Below are positions 34,549-42,890 of a stretch of 64,000 bases of DNA, in pieces. The stretch is from Nanobdellota archaeon (lineage in GTDB: Archaea; Nanobdellota; Nanobdellia; Woesearchaeales; UBA9642), in NCBI GenBank assembly GCA_021813435.1, contig JAKAKR010000013.1:120107-184106 (forward strand). The letters are read 5' to 3'. A program made the translations under genes and the position numbers. Below the pieces are notes generated by a model. The model worked only from the letters and a program-made list of their open reading frames with translations. It had not been told where the DNA came from and made no database searches. Each line of letters begins with the position of its first letter. Position 1 is the stretch's first letter.

Positions 34549-36303
34549 TCAGTGCACTAATTTTCGGAATAGGCCGTGTACCTTGCGCGGCATAACCTCA
34601 TGAATCGTCTTGACCTCGGCTTCAGGATGCTCAGTGAGATATTTTTGCACGATCGGACAGGATTTGCTCTCCAGACAGTACTTGCTGAACCCTCCCTGCG
34701 CAAGGTGCGCGCGGATTTCCTGCATCATATCACAATTCCATAATTCTTTATATTTATCCATCGGACCGAGCGGCCGGTAACTGTAACAGCAGAATTTCAC
34801 TCCTGCACGCAAGATGTAACCTGATTCCCAGGGTTCGCGACAAATGGGCGGCGCAGAAACAAGTTTTGTGTCGCGGCGAAAAATTTTTGATGCAGATGCC
34901 GCAAGTTTTGCAGTCTTTGCAGAAAACGTAGACCTTTGGGGAGAAGGCGCTGCATGCGCAGAAGCTGATGAGGCAACAGGAGTGGCAGAATCGCCGGAAG
35001 AATCACGAAGAGAGTCATGAGGAGAATCACCGGAAGAACCAGAAGAAGAATCGCAAGCAGAATCGCATTGTGCAAAGCATGTTCGCACTGCAGACTCATC
35101 CGGCGCCGCCGTATCCTGTTCTGAAGCGAGCAGTTCCTCCTCAATACTGTTCTGGAAGTTGAGTTGGTCAACAAGGCGCACACCATACTTTTTTGCGAGT
35201 TTTCGCGCTTTGATAGATATCGGGATGCGCTCTTCACGACTGAATTTTTCCTTATGATAATCAAAGACATGACCTCCCCGTGGCTCGAGTGGCCCGGGAG
35301 TGAATGAATCATATAATGGTCGCAGTATCATGACATCGACTTTGAGATCGGCGCATAACTTGATAAAATCCTCGAGTTCATGGACATTGAGCCGCATGGG
35401 CATGAATACCAGATAGACTGCAGGCGCGCTTTGCAAGCCCCGCTCCTGAATCAATGCACGGATATTGTCAATAATGCGCGTGAAGGCATTGGATCGTAGT
35501 TTTGCGTAGGTTTCAGGGGTTGCAGCATCGATTGAGATATAGAGATTGATGTGTTTCCCGATGAGGAGCGCGCGATTTTTCGCATTGAGAAGAATTCCAT
35601 TCGTCGACATCTCAAGCATTTTCCCGTTCGTTTCAAACGCGTCAAGTATTTCTGCGATCTGCGGTGAGAGGAATGGTTCGCCAATCGAACAATTCGTCAA
35701 TTGCGCGCAGTGCGTAAAAAATGATCCGTATTCTTTTAGGGTATCTAGAGTGAATGGTGCATGGGTGAATGCCCCCTCCTTTCGCTTTGCATCATCAAAC
35801 TCGCAATAGACGCAGGAAGGCTTGATATTGCAGGTCCCGTTGATGTCAATCCCGAGACGCACCGGATAGGATTGCAGTACTATTTTTCCCTGCATGAATT
35901 CTTCGGTATTCAGTAGGGTATTCTGTGTGATGATGCTTTTCGGAGTTTCGGGAGTATCACTGAACTCCACGTTCCCTAATCGTACCGTGAGCGTTCGTGG
36001 ATCCAGCGGCGCTTCGATCTTTTTGTTTATCTTGAGAACAAGACGTTTGCCCGGAATTCGCGGAATAGTGTAAGTGTTCCAGAGAAAGGCTAATTGCAGT
36101 CGTTTCACGAGTTTTCCATCGATAAAACATTCGACCACTTGTGATCGGTCAAAAAAGTCGCTGTACAGGTCAAGGTGGATATATGCGCCAGGAGCATCCA
36201 GAAGCAGGATGCTGGCTTCAAAAGTGCACCATCGAAATTTGATAGTCCCGTCAGTTTCAGGATTATGGAATCCATACTCATAACATTCTTCTGCAAGAGA
36301 CAT
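34549..36303 (-). CDS. FRW type-A module + radical SAM + SPASM-domain protein with a Ser/Asp-rich insert
   Basis: aa 1-115: FRW module. CNIKPSCVYC cluster motif (CX5CX2C). CSIGEPFL. aa ~393-478: low-complexity region. C-terminal SPASM-like PICREPW..GVKFCCYSY..WNCD..KYCLESKSCPI. Confidence 0.75.
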   Translation of the reverse strand: MSLAEECYEYGFHNPETDGTIKFRWCTFEASILLLDAPGAYIHLDLYSDFFDRSQVVECFIDGKLVKRLQLAFLWNTYTIPRIPGKRLVLKINKKIEAPLDPRTLTVRLGNVEFSDTPETPKSIITQNTLLNTEEFMQGKIVLQSYPVRLGIDINGTCNIKPSCVYCEFDDAKRKEGAFTHAPFTLDTLKEYGSFFTHCAQLTNCSIGEPFLSPQIAEILDAFETNGKMLEMSTNGILLNAKNRALLIGKHINLYISIDAATPETYAKLRSNAFTRIIDNIRALIQERGLQSAPAVYLVFMPMRLNVHELEDFIKLCADLKVDVMILRPLYDSFTPGPLEPRGGHVFDYHKEKFSREERIPISIKARKLAKKYGVRLVDQLNFQNSIEEELLASEQDTAAPDESAVRTCFAQCDSACDSSSGSSGDSPHDSLRDSSGDSATPVASSASAHAAPSPQRSTFSAKTAKLAASASKIFRRDTKLVSAPPICREPWESGYILRAGVKFCCYSYRPLGPMDKYKELWNCDMMQEIRAHLAQGGFSKYCLESKSCPIVQKYLTEHPEAEVKTIHEVMPRKVHGLFRKLVH

Positions 36304-36323
36304 GTATCTGCAATCAGTGGAGT

Positions 36324-36333
36324 GTTTTTATAG
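36324..36333 (-). promoter_or_regulatory. TATA-like box for the 34549-36303 gene
   Basis: The minus strand reads ctataaaaac, 21 nt upstream of the start at 36303. Confidence 0.45.
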
Positions 36334-36350
36334 TTTATGGTTCGTATCAA

Positions 36351-36409
36351 AAAATATACGTCCAGATAATATACGTTCGGATAATATACGCTTGGATAAT
36401 ACGCGCTGG
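36351..36409. repeat. four tandem ~15-nt units (aaaatatacgtccag / ataatatacgttcgg / ataatatacgcttgg / ataatacgcgctgg)
   Basis: Read directly. The units lie immediately distal to the TATA-like box of the minus-strand radical SAM gene. Confidence 0.75.
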
Positions 36410-36498
36410 AGTGAGAGTGGCATGGCGTAAAAGAAATATTTTGAACAACATGCTAATAGGAGCAGAATATTTATATAGTGCAGCGGCACATCGGAGCG

Positions 36499-36657
36499 AT
36501 GGATACATTCAAGGAATGCTGGAATGGCGAGGAGATCCAAGAGATTCGAAGGAATTTAGCGGAGGGAAGGTTCAGCGAGTATTGTCTTAAAAGCAAATCT
36601 TACCGCTTATCCGAAAACATTTTTCAGAATTTGATGAAGACAGAATCGAAGGAATGA
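36499..36657 (+). pseudogene. 52-codon ORF homologous to the extreme C-terminus of a SPASM radical SAM protein (remnant or micro-protein)
   Basis: MDTFKECWNGEEIQEIRRNLAEGRFSEYCLKSKSYRLSENIF... aligns with KYKELWNCDMMQEIRAHLAQGGFSKYCLESKSCPIVQKYL of the 34549 ORF. The box atatttatata lies 22 nt upstream. Confidence 0.45.
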
Positions 36658-36672
36658 GATCGTCATAAAGAG

Positions 36673-37239
36673 ATGACACGAAGATCATCCATAAAGGCAA
36701 AAAAGATGAAATCCAAATATCGCATCAACAGAACGATGTTACTGTTGCTAATGAGCGTTGCAATCATCAGCATACTTATCAATATTGCGCTCATACTCCT
36801 TTTGATGAATTCTGAAAGGTTGCTACATCCGACAACTACTGTGGATTCGGACATGTCGACAGGGTGGATATCAACGCATCCGATCATTGATGATATGACA
36901 TTCCAAAATTTCTTCGAACAAGAGACCGACCAAAAAATACGATTCCGATGGAGTAGTGATAATTATTCTTCGATTACACTGCCTAAGAAATATGTTGGAA
37001 GGACACTTGAGATTGACGGGTTTTTTTTCGTTTGCCAAAAGAATAATACTCACCCCCATATTGTCGTAAATGGCGCCGCCATTGATGCATTCCCGTTTAA
37101 AATCCGGCTTAATTCAACAACGCTCACATTCCGCTCAAACGACGGGATGCGACCAGTGGATTGTTATACGGAAAACAGTACCTATGATAGACGGACTCTT
37201 ACATTCATGATCACTAATGAGACAAGAATTGTGGGTTAA
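36673..37239 (+). CDS. membrane-anchored stand-alone FRW type-B module protein
   Basis: 188 aa with one N-terminal TM. The remainder aligns with the C-terminal modules of the sulfatase-like paralogues (IRFRWSS...DGFFFVC...MRPVDC...RRTLTFMITNET). Confidence 0.6.
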   Translation: MTRRSSIKAKKMKSKYRINRTMLLLLMSVAIISILINIALILLLMNSERLLHPTTTVDSDMSTGWISTHPIIDDMTFQNFFEQETDQKIRFRWSSDNYSSITLPKKYVGRTLEIDGFFFVCQKNNTHPHIVVNGAAIDAFPFKIRLNSTTLTFRSNDGMRPVDCYTENSTYDRRTLTFMITNETRIVG

Positions 37240-37336
37240 GATTAGAGCACAACACATCGTAAGGGAAAAAGTTATGAGGTTGTTGATTTCCGATAATAAG
37301 AGTGCAAGACAGAAAACGGATATACCGTATCTTAAC

Positions 37337-38827
37337 ATGGATAAGAATAAAAAAAAGATAGCACGAACATTCGTTCTCATAGGCAGTGTCATGATTGGCA
37401 TCCTGCTCATCATTTCCGGATGCACAAATAATGCACAAGAGAAAAAATCAAACGATCCTTTCTGCAAGGATTGTAATGTCATATTCATCAATATTGAACT
37501 CCTCCGCGCAGATTACGTAGACCTCATCAGTACCGAACACGGCAACAACACCCCAAACATCGACAGATTCTTCAAGAACGGCATCATATTCGAGGATGTC
37601 ACCGCTTCAGCAGGAGAGACAGGGATCAGTAATATCGCCACACTCACCAATACAGATTCTTACTTCGTAAACCAGATTGTCAGCATATTCTATAAATCAC
37701 TCAATCAACTCGAACAAGGCAATAAGACTGGAGATCATTCATTGGTGAGTAAATTCACAAAATACTTGACGATTGCGCAGATTCTTCAAGCTAATGGATA
37801 CCGGACCATCTGTATAAATGATGGTGCATTTTCCGGGAAGTACACGTTTATGGATGCGGGATGCGAAAAATATTATGATGTGACAAACGACCCCTCATAC
37901 AATGCAGGGATAACTACCACAGTAAAGAATATCATGTTGCTTGAGAATCTCAAAGGGAAAGAGCAGAATAAATTCTTTTTATTATATCATAGCGATGCGC
38001 TTCACGCATTGCCCTATAAGTATCCTCTTGCACGCGAACATGATACCAATCCATTGATAGAATACATCCATCCTGAGAATAGCGATTACTATGAAACGCG
38101 GTTCCATATCGCTAAGAATGGGACAATCCTTAATAAGGGAGAACTTCGTGCAGAGTTATTCAATACTGATTGGATGGATAATACCACATTCAACACCTAC
38201 CATCAACTTGCGCACACCGTATATGCACAACAAGTAAGATATGTCGATACGGAGTTAGGGAAGATCTTTTCAGAACTAGAACAGAGCGGAATGCTCAAAA
38301 ATTCCATTGTTGTCCTCTACGCAAATCATGGAGACGGATTGTATGATAATAATATACCTAATCATGGAGTCACATATCAATCATGTGTCCATGTGCCGCT
38401 ACTCATCAGACTTCCAAGTAGTACCAGGCAGGAACGTATCACTACCCCGGTCGCATTAATTGACCTCGCGCCGACCATCTATCAGATGACAAGAGTTGAA
38501 AAAAGGAATATATCCGATCTTTCGCCAGACGCGGCCACTGCACGCGCAGGATTACTTCCGGCGATACTGAACGGCACTTATGATCGTGAGTATATCTTTG
38601 GTATGAATAATGGAGAATTTGTGCGATACCAGGATATGAAACTTCACCTCCTCACGGATAATCAGAAAGAATTGTATAATATCACCAGTGACCCGCACGA
38701 AGAGCATAACATCGCAGCGCAATACCCTGAAATCGTTAAAGCATTAAATGATATCATCAGTGCGCATGATATACAAGTGCAGAAAGAGTTTAATGATCGA
38801 TTTGAGAACAGGACTATAGGCAGATAA
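37337..38827 (+). CDS. lipobox-anchored sulfatase-like AP-superfamily enzyme (paralogue 3, no type-B module)
   Basis: Lipobox IISGC. ADYVDLISTEHGNNTPNIDRFF, SAGETGISNIATLT, LYANHGDGL and DPHEEHNIA motifs. It ends shortly after the catalytic domain. Confidence 0.75.
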   Translation: MDKNKKKIARTFVLIGSVMIGILLIISGCTNNAQEKKSNDPFCKDCNVIFINIELLRADYVDLISTEHGNNTPNIDRFFKNGIIFEDVTASAGETGISNIATLTNTDSYFVNQIVSIFYKSLNQLEQGNKTGDHSLVSKFTKYLTIAQILQANGYRTICINDGAFSGKYTFMDAGCEKYYDVTNDPSYNAGITTTVKNIMLLENLKGKEQNKFFLLYHSDALHALPYKYPLAREHDTNPLIEYIHPENSDYYETRFHIAKNGTILNKGELRAELFNTDWMDNTTFNTYHQLAHTVYAQQVRYVDTELGKIFSELEQSGMLKNSIVVLYANHGDGLYDNNIPNHGVTYQSCVHVPLLIRLPSSTRQERITTPVALIDLAPTIYQMTRVEKRNISDLSPDAATARAGLLPAILNGTYDREYIFGMNNGEFVRYQDMKLHLLTDNQKELYNITSDPHEEHNIAAQYPEIVKALNDIISAHDIQVQKEFNDRFENRTIGR

Positions 38828-38851
38828 CCAAAGATAAATGCGATGTACGGA

Positions 38852-40753
38852 TCAGGTTACCTGTAGAGGAATAGTGAGTGGGGAACTGCCCTTATCTTCA
38901 AACCAAAATTTATTTTCAACAACTAAATCAAATTTAAACAGATACATTCCGGGAGATAGTGTCTTATTGAAAATAAACTCTGTATGGAAGAGTGATCCGG
39001 GGGTAATCCCCCCTTCGGGGATTGCTTGTCGTAATTCAAGAACAGGAGTGATTGGATCCTGCGCAGCGTAGACCCTACATCCGACACGCAGGGAATGATC
39101 AGACATCCATGTCTCTTTTCCAGTATTTTTTATCTTTAGCATGAAAGAATTCTTATGAGCAATGAGTTTTTTCTGGATGATTCGCGCAGAGTAAGGGATT
39201 TTTTGTCGGTGATTGGGTGCGGGTATCTTCAAAGATAACACCTTGGTGATTGGATGAGCAAGTAAAGAGATATATCTCTTGAAGAAAGTGGATGTTTTTG
39301 GGAGCATATGCAATTTTGATTGGGGAAATGAGGGAGTGCCACCCCATGCATGCACCATTAGGGATATTCCTGATTGATCGAGATGTTTTTGCATGCGACT
39401 GACAAGTGTCAAACGCCATTCAAGAGTGCTTTTCTTATCAGCAGATTCCCAAATGTCAGGTTTTCTAAATAACGATTCCTGATTCAAGCGATAACACTCG
39501 AGATGTTCGTGGATTCCAGAACCTGGGCAGATTACGACTTCGGCAACATGTCCGACCCCTGAAATGTACGCCTTGTGTTTTGTGATGAATGAGATCGATT
39601 CCTGAAATGTGGCTTCAGTCTCTCCAGGATACCCTACCATGAGATATATCATCACCGGCAAACCTGCAGTATGTGCATCTTTCAGGTTTTTTCCAATGGT
39701 CTCGATACGTACCCCTTTTTTCATCGCATTAAGGATAGACTGAGAAAAACTTTCAGTTCCGAATGCGATAAGTGTAAACCCCGCTTTTTTTAATAGGGTA
39801 AATGTTTTTTGCGTCAATAATGGCGAATGGCGGAATTGTGCGAAGATGAATTCCACATCAAGTTTTGCTGCGATGATGAGTTCGCACAATCGTTCAATCT
39901 GGCTTATGCTTGCATTCGCGCAGAGATCGCTTACTTGGAATTTGCGGTAACCTTCTTGTATCCGCAGTTGGATTTCTGCAAGGATCTGTTCAGGATTTCG
40001 TATCCTCACCCGTTCACCCATTTCATCGCTGTCGACACAATATTCACAGACACCGGGGCATCCACGATTAAATTTTATCCTCACAAAATCTCCGAGGTAC
40101 GCAGAACGGTCATAATCAGAGAAATAAGGAAAGGGTATGGTATCGATATCGCTGATAGGCGGGCGATCACCGCAATCCACAAACGTATCGTCGATCTTGA
40201 GGGATGTTCCTAAACAGTGCCGTGGAACCGTTCCATTTTTGAGAGTATCAACGACTTCACGGAGTGTCTCTTCGCCTTCATTCTTCACAATGCAATCGAC
40301 GAATGGGAATTCATGTTTGTGCAGCGCAGTCACTTGATAACGCCATTTTTTCCGAAAGCAGAAAGTCCTCCCGCCGTAGATGATATATGTCGATGGTGAG
40401 CGTGATTTTATTTTTTGAGCAACATAATCAGTGTATCGCCGATTATAATTCGTCACTGAAAATCCTAAGGCATCCGCATGTTCTGCCAATAAGAGGTCAA
40501 TGAACTGATCCAATAATCCTTGAACATCCGGTGAGATTTCTGCCAATGTATCGCTTGATGACATCCGTGCAAAATATTCGTTTTCGCTCTTATTGATTAC
40601 TGTCGATTCGAAGAATAATTTTTCCAGGTCTACAATGCGCACAAGGATATCAGGATCGCGTGCAACATATCCTTTCAGATATGCAAGACCGAGCGGAGGG
40701 GCGTGGACATGATTACCGAAGGGAAGCATCGCCAACACAAGTTTAAAAGACAT
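38852..40753 (-). CDS. cobalamin-binding-type (class B-like) radical SAM protein with C-terminal Ig-like beta-sandwich
   Basis: N-terminal Rossmann-like LAMLPFG..PPLGLAYLKGY, RGCPGVCEYC (CX3CX2C), and a C-terminal ~115-aa domain (KIKNTGKETW...PGMYLFKFDLVVENKFWFED). Confidence 0.7.
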   Translation of the reverse strand: MSFKLVLAMLPFGNHVHAPPLGLAYLKGYVARDPDILVRIVDLEKLFFESTVINKSENEYFARMSSSDTLAEISPDVQGLLDQFIDLLLAEHADALGFSVTNYNRRYTDYVAQKIKSRSPSTYIIYGGRTFCFRKKWRYQVTALHKHEFPFVDCIVKNEGEETLREVVDTLKNGTVPRHCLGTSLKIDDTFVDCGDRPPISDIDTIPFPYFSDYDRSAYLGDFVRIKFNRGCPGVCEYCVDSDEMGERVRIRNPEQILAEIQLRIQEGYRKFQVSDLCANASISQIERLCELIIAAKLDVEFIFAQFRHSPLLTQKTFTLLKKAGFTLIAFGTESFSQSILNAMKKGVRIETIGKNLKDAHTAGLPVMIYLMVGYPGETEATFQESISFITKHKAYISGVGHVAEVVICPGSGIHEHLECYRLNQESLFRKPDIWESADKKSTLEWRLTLVSRMQKHLDQSGISLMVHAWGGTPSFPQSKLHMLPKTSTFFKRYISLLAHPITKVLSLKIPAPNHRQKIPYSARIIQKKLIAHKNSFMLKIKNTGKETWMSDHSLRVGCRVYAAQDPITPVLELRQAIPEGGITPGSLFHTEFIFNKTLSPGMYLFKFDLVVENKFWFEDKGSSPLTIPLQVT

Positions 40754-40776
40754 AGATGATAGACAATAAGAATATC

Positions 40777-40784
40777 TTTATAAA
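40777..40784 (-). promoter_or_regulatory. TATA-like box for the 38852-40753 gene
   Basis: tttataaa lies 24 nt upstream of the start at 40753. Confidence 0.45.
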
Positions 40785-40970
40785 TATTACTGATACCGCA
40801 ACAATGCCGCATCATACGATAACATTTAAATAATCGCCGATAAAGAGAAAGATAAGAGAAGAATAAGAGGACAACCGACAAGCATAAAGAATGGCGATAA
40901 TAAAGATATGCACAGACATCAAATTCATATCAGATGAAAGATCAGTATCAAATAAAAAAGAAAGTAGAAA

Positions 40971-42890
40971 ATGATTGATCGAAAAAATATCATCATACTA
41001 ACAATCATCGTAGTGCTCTATACCGCTTTTTTATTCTATGTAAGCTACCAATCACCGTATTATCTTGTCCCCGACGATGCAAACCACGTGCAGGAATCAT
41101 ATCTGCTCTCTCAGGGAAATATCCAATATGCGGTAAGAAATTGGACGAGACCGCTCTATGCCATTCCCTGCGCAACATTGATAACACTATTCGGATATAG
41201 CCTGCAATCCTGCAGGCTAATCGAAATTTTCTCGACTATTGGAACAATCATCCTACTCTATCTCATCATCTATCATTTTACAAAGTCAAAAATGTTTGCG
41301 ATGAGTGGGGTAGTATTGTTCGGTATGATCCCTATGGTCATTGTTCTTGCTACTTCAAATTTTGCTGAACCCCTATTCGCATTCATCTTGCTCCTCGGGA
41401 TCTATTTTCTGATACGAGAGAAATGGGCATTATCTGCAATAACGATCGGCCTTCTCCCATTAGTACGTACAGAAGGATTTCTGATGATTGCCGCATGGAT
41501 AGTATATTATATGTCTTTACGCCTTTTTGTGTATGAAGAAAAGACCCGCAGCGGCGTAAAGGTAAAGATAAAAGGCATTCATCTCAAAGAGACGGCGAAC
41601 CATCCGCACATCGCTTTCATCATAGCACTCATCTTGTTACCGACAATTATCTGGTGCATCGCAAGTCTATTCATCCTCGGGAATATATTTAACCCATTCC
41701 AGACATATTCACTTCAAGTATTCAAAGAGACAGAAATATTTATCCCCTTATGGTTCGTCCCCGTACGCATAGCATATTGCATAGGGATTCTTACTTCAGC
41801 ATTATTCATCTTAGCGATGATACGTCTACGCAAGATCCCCGACACTGTACGATTTGCCGCGTATATTGCATTAGGGTTTATCATCATTCTATCAGTATCA
41901 GCAGAATTCCGATTTCTTGGGCAGGGGATGGCAGAACACGCGATGATCATCGCCCCGCTCCTCATACTTACCGGCATCCTATCCATCACTACACTCCCAT
42001 TCAAAAAAAGAACACTCATCATACTCTGCATAATAATCATTCTCGCGCAAGGGATAGAACTATACTCATGGAGTATTGGACATAATACTGATATCACTAA
42101 ATGGCCCGGAATCCTGAATGGACCGACCGGACATAATCGGGAAATCATCAGAGGAAACAGTTCTCCAGAATGGTTTATCGGAGAATCATATAACAAACTC
42201 ACACTCTTCTATGACAAGACCATTCCACAGAATGAAACAATCCAACTTTGTTATATCACGATCATGACCAATTATGCAAATCAATATCCGAAGTATCGAA
42301 TTATCCACACAATAAACGATGTTGAGACACGCAGATTATGCCCCATGTGCGTCCCGAGTTGCGATTTTACAAACAGCGAGTGGATTGTCAGGCATAAGGG
42401 GATACCCCTTGACCTGTCTGACGCCATAAAGGCACGATATGCCATAGTATACGATTCTGAGATGACACAAGTGCTTAAAAAAAATGATGAAGAATTCGAG
42501 CCGGTATTCAATAATCTCACATTCATCAATTTCAGTCAAAAGGGAACTTACGTTAATTTCAGGAATGAAACCATCAGTTTCCGGCAATCGAACAGCACAT
42601 CGTTTGCGATAACCGTTCCCCGATCATTCGTCGGCAAAACAATGGTAATCAGCGGATCTCCATTCTACTGTTTTAGAAATAAGACATATGCAGATATTCG
42701 AGTGAATGGCAATCCGATCAAAGTTTTCCCGTATGAGATTTATCTTAATTCAACAACCGTCATGTTCTCGTCTCCTAATCCTATGATGCCCGCATTTTGC
42801 GAACCGATCACAGAAAATCCATCCAAACAAAACACCGATACCCGAGAGATTGCATTTACCATCAATAATAACACCGTCCTTCTCAAATAG
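40971..42890 (+). CDS. polytopic GT-C-like (ArnT/PMT-like) membrane protein with C-terminal FRW type-B-like module
   Basis: About 11 TM in the first 380 aa, with an acidic first-loop motif YYLVPDDANH. The C-terminal ~128 aa (ISFRQSN...GSPFYCF...IRVNGNPIKVFPYEIYLNSTT...REIAFTINNNT) align with the type-B modules. Confidence 0.6.
   Translation: MIDRKNIIILTIIVVLYTAFLFYVSYQSPYYLVPDDANHVQESYLLSQGNIQYAVRNWTRPLYAIPCATLITLFGYSLQSCRLIEIFSTIGTIILLYLIIYHFTKSKMFAMSGVVLFGMIPMVIVLATSNFAEPLFAFILLLGIYFLIREKWALSAITIGLLPLVRTEGFLMIAAWIVYYMSLRLFVYEEKTRSGVKVKIKGIHLKETANHPHIAFIIALILLPTIIWCIASLFILGNIFNPFQTYSLQVFKETEIFIPLWFVPVRIAYCIGILTSALFILAMIRLRKIPDTVRFAAYIALGFIIILSVSAEFRFLGQGMAEHAMIIAPLLILTGILSITTLPFKKRTLIILCIIIILAQGIELYSWSIGHNTDITKWPGILNGPTGHNREIIRGNSSPEWFIGESYNKLTLFYDKTIPQNETIQLCYITIMTNYANQYPKYRIIHTINDVETRRLCPMCVPSCDFTNSEWIVRHKGIPLDLSDAIKARYAIVYDSEMTQVLKKNDEEFEPVFNNLTFINFSQKGTYVNFRNETISFRQSNSTSFAITVPRSFVGKTMVISGSPFYCFRNKTYADIRVNGNPIKVFPYEIYLNSTTVMFSSPNPMMPAFCEPITENPSKQNTDTREIAFTINNNTVLLK

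Noticed and set aside
36351-36409. I considered whether the tandem repeats could be a miniature CRISPR array.
   Set aside because: The units are about 15 nt, directly abutting with no spacers, and degenerate. No cas genes are present. This is a tandem repeat or operator array, not a CRISPR.
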